Assembly (NCBI GenBank): GCA_031425655.1
Contig: JANPJS010000256.1
Location: 1-26,212 of the forward strand
Source of the DNA: Abditibacteriaceae bacterium
GTDB taxonomy: Bacteria > Armatimonadota > Abditibacteriia > Abditibacteriales > Abditibacteriaceae
DNA length: 26,212 bases
Direction of reading: 5' to 3'
Made by a program: the position numbers and the translations under genes. Position 1 is the stretch's first letter, and every line of letters starts with the position of its first letter. Below, one piece after another: positions 7,515-15,831 of the stretch. The notes below the pieces were generated by a model that searched no databases, was not told the DNA's origin, and saw nothing but the letters and a program-made list of their open reading frames with translations.

Positions 7515-10139
7515 TTATTCTCCCCGCGCCGCTTGCGCCCGAAGCGAAGCGCCGCCTTGTGTTACGACTTGTTCGCCCTGCTTGACGCCTTCGAGAATCG
7601 CCACGCGATTGTTGCTGCTGGCACCAAGACGCACCGCGCGCCGCTCGTAACGCGCACCGCGCTTAATGAAGACGATCTTGGCGGCGCCATCGTCCACAAT
7701 GGCTCCGGCGGGAACCGTGAGAGCGAGTTTGCCTTGCCCGGTTTCGATCACGCCGCGCGCGAACATTCCGGGCCGCAACGCGCCGGTGTTATCTAAAATC
7801 GCCCGCGCGATAACGGTGCGCGATTGTGGATTGACTTCGCTGCCGACCACGCTGAGGCGCCCGCTAAAGGTGCGATTCGGCAAAGAGGGAATCGTCACGC
7901 GCACAAGGGCGCCGGGCACCACGCGCGGCAAGTCGCTTTCAAACAAGGCAGCTTCTATCGCCACACGCGAAAGATTGACGATGGTGAGGAGCGGCGCGTC
8001 GGCCTGCACCAATTCGCCGGGCGCGGCTTCGCGCGACTGCACTACGCCAGAAAGCGGCGCGCGAATCGGCACGGAGACGCTGCCATCGGGCGCGCTTTTG
8101 AACAGGGCTAAAGTCGAACGCGTCGCGTCTACATCGGCTTGTGCGGCGATGGCAGCAGCTCTGGCGCTTTGCAATGGCCCGGTATCGTTGATGCGTCGTT
8201 GATAAAGCAACGCTTCGCGCGCTAATAAATCTTGCGCCACGCGCTGAGCGCCTCGCGCTTTGGTCAGTTCGGCCCCTGCGCTTTCGACTGCCGAACGTGC
8301 CGTGCTGATTTCGCGGAGGTTAGCCAAATTCTGGTCTAAAACACGCTTTTCGCGCGCCAAAACGCTTTCCGCCAACTGCTCGGATTCTTTCTTATGCTTG
8401 ACTTCTTCGGTTGCGGTTCTCACTTGGTTGCGCGCGGTTTGCAGCGCGGTTTGTGCGGCCTGAATTTCGGCATTGCCCGCCACGTTGGTAGCGGCCAACT
8501 TTTGCTGGCGCTCAACTTCGGCTTGGGCTGCGGTTTCGTCGGCCTGAGCAGTTTTTAAGCGCGATTCGGCGCTCTGGACGGCGGTTTGTGCCGTTTCCAC
8601 GTCGCGTTTGGCGACTAAGCCTTCTTTCACCAAAATCTGCGAGCGCGAAAGCTGCGCTTGCGCTGTCGCCAACTGGCTTTGCGCGGCGGCGATTTCGGCG
8701 CGGGCCGTCGTCAAGGCGCGCCGCGCTTCCTCTAAGGGTTTGGAATTGTAGGCTCCGGCCTGCGACAGTTCACGGCGGCGCTTCAGTTCGGCTTCCCCGG
8801 CCTCAACGCTGGTTTGGGCATTGGCGAGCGTGAGTTCCGCATCATCCACCGCTTCGTGCGCTAAGGCCGCCTGGCGCCGGGCTTCTTCATACGCCGGACT
8901 CGCGTAGCTGCCAGCGCGGGCAAAGCGCAGTGTATTTTCCTGCGCCGCCCGCGCTTTTCTCAGTTCAGATTCGCGCACTCGCACTTCGCCGTTCGCTTCG
9001 ACAATAGCACGGCGCGCCACGTCCAGCGGCGCCCGCGAATAGACGCCAGCTTTCACCTGTTGCTGGGTAACCGCTTGCTGCGCGCGGGCATTTTGCAGGC
9101 GGGCTAATGCCTGACGATAGGCCGACTGCGCTTCACCGATGGCGCGGCTCTCGACTACCGCCACGATTTGCCCTTGCCGAACGTTATCGCCCTGTCGCAC
9201 GCTGAGGCGCACCACGCGCCCCGGCACAACCGAAGCCACGCGCACTACGGCATCCGGCGCCGGTGCGATTTGGCCGTTAAAAGCGATGCCGCCGGTTACA
9301 GTCGTGACCGTTGCGGGCGCAGTCTTGATGTCCAAGAGCGCAGCGGTTTCGGAGGGCAGTTGCACCTGTCCGGGCGGCAGTGTTTGTGGCGTGGCGATCC
9401 GCGTGCGCGCCGTCAAAACGATGCGAAGTGGCCCGGCTTTGGAGGTGGAGGAAACTTCGCCGACTTGAATCGCCGGACTTCCCGCAGGAGGCGCGGCAAC
9501 TTCCTTCGTCTTTTCGCCGGGGCCGTGCGAATGCCCATCAGAAGCGTCGCCGCCGGCAAACGCCCGCGCCGTTACGAGAGAAAGGGCCAACATTGCAGCA
9601 GCAGTCGGCAATCGGCGTTTGCGACTTCGTAACAGCAACGCCACCACGCCCAGCGCCAGCGCGCCCAAAATAAACGGCAAAGCGCGTTGCACTGGCGCAG
9701 TTTCAGGCGGCGCGGCAGTGGGTAATTTCAGTTCAACGGTGGTGTCAATAGAGTCGCCGCTTTTGGGCGTGATGCTCAGTTCAAGAGCATAAGTTCCGGC
9801 GGCGGGAAACGCATACACGTCACGCCCGCCGAAATTCATGCGATAAGCGCCGGGGCTTGTTCCGGGTTCGCCCGTCACCAAACCAAGCAGTTCGCCGGTC
9901 ACGGCGTTCTTCAAAAAGCCGGTGATTTTAGCGCCTTCAAGCGGCGCTTCGGCTCCGGCAGCGCCTTTAGTCAGATCAGCGATCTTGAGTTCGATTTCGG
10001 TTTCCGTCGCGCCGGGACGCAAAACGGTTTCCTGAACGTGTTCACCACCGGCGCCATGCGAGTGACCATCCGAAGCGTCGCCACCGGCCCATGCGCGCGG
10101 CGCCGTGAACAGGAGCATTAAAAACAAAAGGTATTTCAA
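7515..10139 (-). CDS. RND periplasmic adaptor (CzcB/CusB-like MFP), unusually long at 874 aa
   Basis: TTG start with SD GGGAG. Lipoyl halves VASVVPGRVVRLSVRQGDNVRQGQ and IRAPLSGVV. Beta-barrel/membrane-proximal motifs LRPGMFARG and VAILEGVKQGEQVV. Located between tolC and the RND gene. Confidence 0.93.
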   Translation of the reverse strand: MKYLLFLMLLFTAPRAWAGGDASDGHSHGAGGEHVQETVLRPGATETEIELKIADLTKGAAGAEAPLEGAKITGFLKNAVTGELLGLVTGEPGTSPGAYRMNFGGRDVYAFPAAGTYALELSITPKSGDSIDTTVELKLPTAAPPETAPVQRALPFILGALALGVVALLLRSRKRRLPTAAAMLALSLVTARAFAGGDASDGHSHGPGEKTKEVAAPPAGSPAIQVGEVSSTSKAGPLRIVLTARTRIATPQTLPPGQVQLPSETAALLDIKTAPATVTTVTGGIAFNGQIAPAPDAVVRVASVVPGRVVRLSVRQGDNVRQGQIVAVVESRAIGEAQSAYRQALARLQNARAQQAVTQQQVKAGVYSRAPLDVARRAIVEANGEVRVRESELRKARAAQENTLRFARAGSYASPAYEEARRQAALAHEAVDDAELTLANAQTSVEAGEAELKRRRELSQAGAYNSKPLEEARRALTTARAEIAAAQSQLATAQAQLSRSQILVKEGLVAKRDVETAQTAVQSAESRLKTAQADETAAQAEVERQQKLAATNVAGNAEIQAAQTALQTARNQVRTATEEVKHKKESEQLAESVLAREKRVLDQNLANLREISTARSAVESAGAELTKARGAQRVAQDLLAREALLYQRRINDTGPLQSARAAAIAAQADVDATRSTLALFKSAPDGSVSVPIRAPLSGVVQSREAAPGELVQADAPLLTIVNLSRVAIEAALFESDLPRVVPGALVRVTIPSLPNRTFSGRLSVVGSEVNPQSRTVIARAILDNTGALRPGMFARGVIETGQGKLALTVPAGAIVDDGAAKIVFIKRGARYERRAVRLGASSNNRVAILEGVKQGEQVVTQGGASLRAQAARGE

Positions 10140-11509
10140 GGATTCTCCCTTCGCGGAGTCAAAGTGGCAGGTGCAGTTTCAACAGGCGAGCCGCCGCCAA
10201 CGGCGTTTTCCAAAGCGACTTCCTGCGTTCGCGCGCCGACAAGGCTCAGCAGATATTCGCTTTGCACTTGGCGCAGCGTGCGTTGCGCTTCTAAAACTTC
10301 CAGATAAGTCGAAGCGCCCGCCGTGTAGCCGAGTTGCGTTTTTCGGAGCAGTTCCAGCGTGCGCGGCACAAGGGCCGTGCGATAGCGTTCAGCCGTCGCG
10401 CGTCGCTCTTGCCAGCGCACAAGGGCGATTTCCAGTTGTCCGGCTGCCTGCGCTCTCAAGAGAGCGGTCTGCGCTTCCTGAGCGCGGGTTTCGGCCTCCA
10501 ACGCTCGCTTTTCGCCCCGTAATGCCTTGTTGCCGAAAAGAGGAATATTGAGAACGGCGCGCACCGCCAAACCGCCGTTACTACTTAGCACAGCGGCCCG
10601 GCGCAGTTGAATTTCCACAGTGGGGCGCCGCTCGGCATTTAACTCCAACGCCTGCGCCCGACGCACCTCGACCAGCGCCTGCGCGCCTTCAATATCGGGC
10701 CGCGTGCGTGCCAAATCCAAAAGACGCGGGCGCAAAGCGGCAAAATCAGCCGGCTCGATAGCAGAAGCTGACGTTGAACCGGACGCAGGTGGGAAAATAA
10801 GACGGCGCAGCGGATCGAGCAAAATGGTTTCAGTCGGCGGTGCTATACGAAGCGGCGTTTGTGCTTCCTGACCGATTAAAACATTTAAGGCGGCACGCCG
10901 CGCCAAACGGTCAGCGCGGGCCGCTTCCAATTCGTTCTGAGCGCGCAGCACTTCCAACTCGGCGCGCTCCGCCTGCACTGCCGGCGCCTCGCCCAACTCC
11001 GCGCGCCGCCCGGTCGCCTTGGCAAACGCCTCTGCGACTTCGACTTGCGCCACATTAAGTGCTTCGGATTCCTGAGCGGCAAAAAGGTCAACCGCTGCGC
11101 TTTTCACTTGGGTTAAAAGTGCGCGTTCGGCGAGGGTTAGTTGCGTTTGGGCACGGCGCAGTTCGGCCTTAGCGACGGCCACACGCGCACGGCGCAGGCC
11201 AAAGACATCCAGCGGCTGCGCTAAAACAGTTTCTTCATCGCGCGCCTCGCGGCTGCCAAGAGCGGGCACCAGCAAGAGATGCGGCGAGGGCGAAGCGCCA
11301 CGCGCGCTCACACGCTGGCGGGCCGCTTCCACGCCTTCGCGGGCAATGGTCGCTTGCGGGCTTTTTTCCGACAGGCGCCGAACCAGTTCATCGAGCGTGA
11401 TTTCCGGTTCGGCGGGTAAAGGATTCGGCAAAGGGGAAAGGGGCGACTCCTGGGCGGCGGCATTGAGGGCCATCGTGAGCAGCAGTCCCCATAAATAGGG
11501 TCGAGACAA
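10136..11509 (-). CDS. TolC/CzcC-family outer membrane efflux protein, about 457 aa
   Basis: The likely start is TTG11509, 7 nt after GGAGG. It has a signal peptide and two OEP-like repeats (RPDIEGAQA; YTAGASTYLEVLEAQRTL). Its stop overlaps the adaptor start. Confidence 0.92.
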   Translation of the reverse strand: MSRPYLWGLLLTMALNAAAQESPLSPLPNPLPAEPEITLDELVRRLSEKSPQATIAREGVEAARQRVSARGASPSPHLLLVPALGSREARDEETVLAQPLDVFGLRRARVAVAKAELRRAQTQLTLAERALLTQVKSAAVDLFAAQESEALNVAQVEVAEAFAKATGRRAELGEAPAVQAERAELEVLRAQNELEAARADRLARRAALNVLIGQEAQTPLRIAPPTETILLDPLRRLIFPPASGSTSASAIEPADFAALRPRLLDLARTRPDIEGAQALVEVRRAQALELNAERRPTVEIQLRRAAVLSSNGGLAVRAVLNIPLFGNKALRGEKRALEAETRAQEAQTALLRAQAAGQLEIALVRWQERRATAERYRTALVPRTLELLRKTQLGYTAGASTYLEVLEAQRTLRQVQSEYLLSLVGARTQEVALENAVGGGSPVETAPATLTPRRENP

Positions 11510-11516
11510 AGGGATT

Positions 11517-11633
11517 CCTCCTGGGAATTCAGAGGGCGGACGCGCGAAAACGCCCGCGCCCGTCAGGGAGCAGTTGTGAAAAGGCCGGACGCACAAAAAA
11601 GATTAGCGCGGCGGCAGCTTAAACCACAGGAGG
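11517..11633 (-). promoter_or_regulatory. Putative anti-SD/SD pairing between the leader Pro-Pro codons and the tolC RBS
   Basis: mRNA CCUCCUG (11633-11627) is complementary to CAGGAGG (11523-11517). A GC-rich hairpin lies between them (about 11561-11534). Confidence 0.45.
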
Positions 11634-12095
11634 GGCACGACCGGCAAGGGGAAGAAAAAGGTGTTCGGAGGGCGGCGATTCCGCCTCCGGCCCATCACGC
11701 CCAAAAGGCTTGAGTTCGCGCGGCGATGGTAGGACGCTGGTGTTAGCCAGCACAGCAACCGGCGGCATAAAGAGAAATTGCTGCGACGCCGGACTCCATT
11801 TGAAGGCACTTAATAACGCCTGGTCGTGGGAGTGGTCTCGCTGTTCGGCGTGATGATCCCTGTGATGCTCCGTGCCCGCATCCGGCGCATGGCTGTGCGC
11901 CACGTCATCAAAATGTCCCGCCACATGATGATCTGCATGATGTTCCAGCGTTGCGGGTGCCGCAGTGTGTAGGAAATCCTGCCACTTGTGCGCGGTTCGC
12001 GTCAGCGACGAGGGCACCAGCAGGCAAATCACCATCAAAGCCCAGCGCGGCGCGCGCAGGAACTCTAAGATGGATGTAGGAAAAGGTCGAGACAT
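11619..12095 (-). CDS. His-rich leader-type protein with a hydrophobic N-terminus and C-terminal RAPP motif (DUF2946/CruR-like architecture), about 158 aa
   Basis: Hydrophobic segment WALMVICLLVP, then 15 His within about 57 aa, a Pro-rich linker, and the end LPLAGRAPPVV*. It is the first gene of the efflux operon. The start codon is uncertain. Confidence 0.7.
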   Translation of the reverse strand: MSRPFPTSILEFLRAPRWALMVICLLVPSSLTRTAHKWQDFLHTAAPATLEHHADHHVAGHFDDVAHSHAPDAGTEHHRDHHAEQRDHSHDQALLSAFKWSPASQQFLFMPPVAVLANTSVLPSPRELKPFGRDGPEAESPPSEHLFLPLAGRAPPVV

Positions 12096-12389
12096 CGGGG
12101 TTATAAACAAGGGGTTATCGAAAGAAACGATCACCGACTGTGGCGATTTGAAAACTCGGAGCGTTAGGGAGTGTAGCAGCTTGGGCCTCTTTGGCATCAA
12201 TATAGATTCAGTCAGCGCCTGCGAGTAAGTCAGCGGCGAGGTGCGGCCGCGCCGCTGAAATTTCTATCACCTGTATAATTTGGTGGATGCGCCAAGACCC
12301 GTGAAACCAAGCGACAAAAAATGGCTGGCCCCTAATACAAAACAGCCCGCACCCGAAGGCATGGATTGGTTCGATATTGCTATGTAGAG

Positions 12390-12415
12390 TAGCTGCCCCG
12401 ACCAGAATTCGAACC
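12390..12415 (-). other. Possible tRNA 3'-end remnant (att-like site)
   Basis: The minus strand reads GGTTCGAATTCTGGTCGGGGCAGCTA, resembling a T-loop plus acceptor-strand 3' half. No complete cloverleaf can be folded. Confidence 0.35.
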
Positions 12416-12505
12416 AGTTTCAATATGTGAAGGCTCAAAACTGCGGAACTAAATAGCAATCTACCCACTGGCTTACAGTTTTATATTGTTAATTGGTCTA
12501 ACTAA

Positions 12506-12705
12506 CTCACCTTACGCAGTAGAGTGTGTTAGGCAGGCAAATTTAAGAAGCGCTGTCATTCTGAGCTTGCGAAGAATCTCGGCCTCTGCGGTGCTTTTGC
12601 TCATGCTGAGTGAGGAGGCTCTTACGCAGAGATTCTTCGCAAGCTCAGAATGACTCAATGCCTCAGTGGTTGATCCGCCTAACACATCCCACTGCGTAAC
12701 ATGAG
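12506..12705. mobile_element. 200-bp MITE with TTACGCAG-type TIRs and a TAACTAA target duplication
   Basis: IR at 12505-12534/12677-12706 matches 25/30. TAACTAA occurs at 12499-12505 and 12706-12712. Confidence 0.8.
12555..12654. repeat. GTCATTCTGAG-type REP-like inverted doublet inside the MITE
   Basis: Perfect 26-bp IR at 12555-12580/12629-12654, 23/26 identical to the arm at 25751-25776. Confidence 0.9.
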
Positions 12706-12871
12706 TAACTAACGAAGGTTAGGTGGGGAAAAAGGCGTTTAAGCCGCCTAATCATTCAGAGGTAGCGAGTCACTAAGGAACCACCAGGAGTCGAGTGGCG
12801 TGGTGCCAGCTCACAAAGCGTATGATGCTGCTCCAACTCTCGTATCAGTGGTGAAAAGTAACTGGTTCTTT

Positions 12872-15469
12872 TCAATCCAACGCCCACAAAATGACTTCAT
12901 TAAGCGTCTTGGATTTAATCTGAGCGTGCAGTTCAAGTGCGTTTTCATCGTTGGGCATCTGCCGGGCAACACGCTCGTATAAATCTTGGGCATAACGACG
13001 TAACGGCGAGCCGATCTCTTCAAACAGCAACGCCGACGCCATAGCGCAACGCAAAGCGCACGGCCATTCGCCACGGGTTTCGGCAATTTCGCTGAGATTG
13101 TAAAGCACACGAGCCACGCCAATCGTATTTTCCAATTGCTGCTCAAATTGTAAGGCTTCTTCGTAGCATTTCTGTGCTTCTTCAAGGTGACCTTGATTTT
13201 GCGCTAATACACCTAAATTATTGAGGGCTTCGGCAATGCCGCGCCGGTCATCGTGGCGACGGCGCACAACTAAGGCTTCGTGCAAGTAATCGGCAGCAAC
13301 GGCGCGGTCGCCCGCCGGGTCTTCGCACTCGGTCGCACCTAAATTCGTTCGCACAATAGCAACGCCGATTTCATCGCCCATCTCACGGTAAAGCACAAGC
13401 GCGGCGTGAAAATATTGACGCGCATGATTCCAATCGCCTTCTCGTTTGGCAGCCAATCCCAAAATATTAGTCGCTTCAGCCTGTCCCTTGATGTCACCGG
13501 CTTGAGTAAAAAGTAACAGCGCCTGCTCGGCGCCCTGCAAAGCGGCGGCGGTTTCTAAGGTGTCAATGGAATGCCCGGCGCGCTCTCGCCAAACTTGCGC
13601 GACCAATGCAGGATCAGTGTTCACGACTTGCGGGGCCTTTTGCAGACCGATTTCAAGGCAGCGCAAGGCTTGGTTAATCAGGCCGCGCCGCTGCAAAAAG
13701 ATACCCAATGCGAGCGCCAATCGCACGCACAAAGTCGGTTCATCGTGGCCCGAACTCCAATCCAATGCGGCGCGGATGTTGTCTTGCTGCCCTTCCAATT
13801 CCTGAAGCGCCTGTGTTTCCTGCGCCGTTCGCAGCCCGGCGATGCGCTTTTCGGCGAATTCTTGAAAATAGGTGGCGTGGCGCAGGCGCACCGTCGTGTC
13901 CAGTTGCGGTGTGATCTGCAATTTTTCTTCAGCGTATTCGCGCACGGATTCGAGCATTACAAAACGCGACTGGCGCGTAGAAGCGTCGGTTTCCACACGC
14001 AGCAGCGATTGATCACGCAGTTCCTGCACGCCCTCGAAGGCATCGAAAACCTCGCAAACGGCTTCGGCATCATCCAAAGTGAAACCGCGTGCGAAAACTG
14101 CCAGTTGGGCGAAAAGAGATTGATCGTCTTCGCTCAGCAAATCATACGACCAGTCAATCGCGCCGCGCAAAGCGCGCTGGCGCGGCGGCAAATCGGGAGA
14201 GCGCGTTTGCAACACTTTGAAGCGTTGATCCAAATGGCGCACGATGTCGTGCGGCGATAAGCCGGCGATGCGCGATGCGGCCAATTCCAAAGCCAAAGGC
14301 ACGCCTTCCAGGCGACGGCAGATTTCACTGACATCAGCGAGGTTTTCATCATCGAGCGCGAAGTCGGCACGGCGCAGGCGCGCTGCTTCTTCAAATAAGC
14401 GAGCCGCCTCAACCGGTGGCAGAGGCGGCACTTCGCGCAAAATTTCAGCGCGAAGGCCTAAAGCGCGCCGAGTCGTGACTAAAAAGGTCACGCCGGGTGC
14501 TTCACGCAAAAGCTCAGTGATGCTTTGCGGCGCTTGAGGATTTTGTTCGGTATTGTCCAACACCAAAAGCAATTTACGTTCGTGGAGATAATGCCAAAGC
14601 TGTTCTTTGAGCGGTAAATTCGGCTGCGGCTGCAAGCGCAAAACCAAAGCGATGCGCGCAATTAATTCCTCGCCGGAGCGCGTTTCCTCCAGTTCTATCC
14701 ACCATACACCGTCGGAAAAGTCGCCGACGCATAACTCGGCAAGTTGCAGCGCCGAACGCGTTTTTCCCAATCCGCCAAAGCCGGTTAAAGTCAAAAGACG
14801 CGTGCGCGGCTCCAGCAAAAGCGTGCGCCAATCGGCGATTTCTGCTTCGCGTCCAATCAGAGTGAGCAGCGGAACCGGCAAATTGTGACGACGCGCATTA
14901 AGTGTGCTCAGCGGCGGAAATTCAGCGCGCGAAGCAGCATGATTGACCTGCCACAAATGCTCTTCGCCGACGCCTTTGAGACGATGCAGCCCGCAATCGA
15001 AGAGCGTAATTGCCGGCGGCAAGTGGCCGGTTGAAGATTGCGCCGTGGCATCGGAAATCAAACTTTGCCCACCGTGCCCTGCCGCCTGCACACGCGCCGC
15101 TTTGTTAGTGACCGGGCCGCGATAAGTCGGTCGTCCTTTGTCTTCGCCGATGAACGGCTCGCCCGTGTGCATCCCAATCCGCACGCGAAGCTCGCCCATC
15201 GCTTCGGGCCATTGATGCGCCGCCATAGCCTGCTGCGCTGCGACGGCGAATTGCACCGCTTGAGCGGCTTTGGAGAACGCTAAAAAGAGCGCATCGCCGG
15301 CAGTTTCGACTTCGTAACCGTCGAAGCGCTGAGCAACTTCGCGTAGCACGTCGAAGTGTTCCATGCGCGCCGCCTCGAATGCTGCGCCGTGCTTTTCCGA
15401 AAGCTCCGACGAGCCTTCGAGATCAGTAAAAACCAGCGTTACCTCGCCAGTGGGAAACTCCATTGCCAT
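12872..15469 (-). CDS. Class III nucleotide cyclase + STAND (NB-ARC-like) ATPase + TPR protein, 865 aa
   Basis: Cyclase motifs VFTDLEGS, TAGDA, RIGMHTGE and NKAAR. Walker A GFGGLGKT, Walker B LLLVLDN, GVPLALELAA, and C-terminal TPRs (AEALNNLGVLA). Confidence 0.92.
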   Translation of the reverse strand: MAMEFPTGEVTLVFTDLEGSSELSEKHGAAFEAARMEHFDVLREVAQRFDGYEVETAGDALFLAFSKAAQAVQFAVAAQQAMAAHQWPEAMGELRVRIGMHTGEPFIGEDKGRPTYRGPVTNKAARVQAAGHGGQSLISDATAQSSTGHLPPAITLFDCGLHRLKGVGEEHLWQVNHAASRAEFPPLSTLNARRHNLPVPLLTLIGREAEIADWRTLLLEPRTRLLTLTGFGGLGKTRSALQLAELCVGDFSDGVWWIELEETRSGEELIARIALVLRLQPQPNLPLKEQLWHYLHERKLLLVLDNTEQNPQAPQSITELLREAPGVTFLVTTRRALGLRAEILREVPPLPPVEAARLFEEAARLRRADFALDDENLADVSEICRRLEGVPLALELAASRIAGLSPHDIVRHLDQRFKVLQTRSPDLPPRQRALRGAIDWSYDLLSEDDQSLFAQLAVFARGFTLDDAEAVCEVFDAFEGVQELRDQSLLRVETDASTRQSRFVMLESVREYAEEKLQITPQLDTTVRLRHATYFQEFAEKRIAGLRTAQETQALQELEGQQDNIRAALDWSSGHDEPTLCVRLALALGIFLQRRGLINQALRCLEIGLQKAPQVVNTDPALVAQVWRERAGHSIDTLETAAALQGAEQALLLFTQAGDIKGQAEATNILGLAAKREGDWNHARQYFHAALVLYREMGDEIGVAIVRTNLGATECEDPAGDRAVAADYLHEALVVRRRHDDRRGIAEALNNLGVLAQNQGHLEEAQKCYEEALQFEQQLENTIGVARVLYNLSEIAETRGEWPCALRCAMASALLFEEIGSPLRRYAQDLYERVARQMPNDENALELHAQIKSKTLNEVILWALD

Positions 15470-15509
15470 GCGATTTCATTTCATCACAAAAACGCAACCT
15501 AAAAGCCAG

Positions 15510-15825
15510 CTAATTCCAATCGCCGAGTGAAACAAATCTTCCCAGTAATAAGGATGCGAGTGCGGCGCAGTTTTGATTTGCCTTGTCCGCCTTTGAGATC
15601 GGGCGGCGCCAAAACCACGCTGGAAAGCAGCGGCGTAGTGTCGTTGAATAAGCCATTGCGTGGCGAAGTGCCGATAACTCTATTTGCCCGCTTCACTTTT
15701 GGCTGTTGCTTCCTGCGCTGCTAATATGGTTCGACAAAAATCAACTTTACGTCGGCACGCGACTTTGTCTGCGCGCCGCCGATGCGCCCCTTTCCACCAA
15801 CGAAATCGCGTTCGAGGAAGGTGGC
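15510..15825 (-). pseudogene. CHAT-domain (caspase/HetF-like) protease C-terminal remnant
   Basis: Across frameshifts it reads AQEATAKSEAGK*SYRHFAT(H)GLFNDTTPLLSSVVLA...SHPYYW..FVSLGDWN*. It has an in-frame TAG at 15682-15680, an extra base in the HG codons, and the Cys-motif segment is missing. Confidence 0.75.
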
Positions 15826-15831
15826 TTTACA

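Noticed and set aside
3400..10551. Long plus-strand ORFs (e.g. 3400-4188, 4857-5516, 6246-6974, 7666-8202)
   Set aside because: They are antisense shadows of well-supported minus-strand genes in GC-rich DNA and have no recognisable motifs.
11499..12094. Leader ORF and tolC both begin TGTCTCGACC (MSRP)
   Set aside because: The match is only 10 bp with no further similarity, so it may be chance.
12274..12387. TATAAT followed by a 34-codon plus-strand ORF (GTG12283-TAG12387)
   Set aside because: There is no SD, the spacing is poor for a leaderless start, and no motif is recognisable.
15499..15724. 65-aa ORFs in the ORF track
   Set aside because: They are partial frames or the antisense of the CHAT pseudogene, not independent genes.
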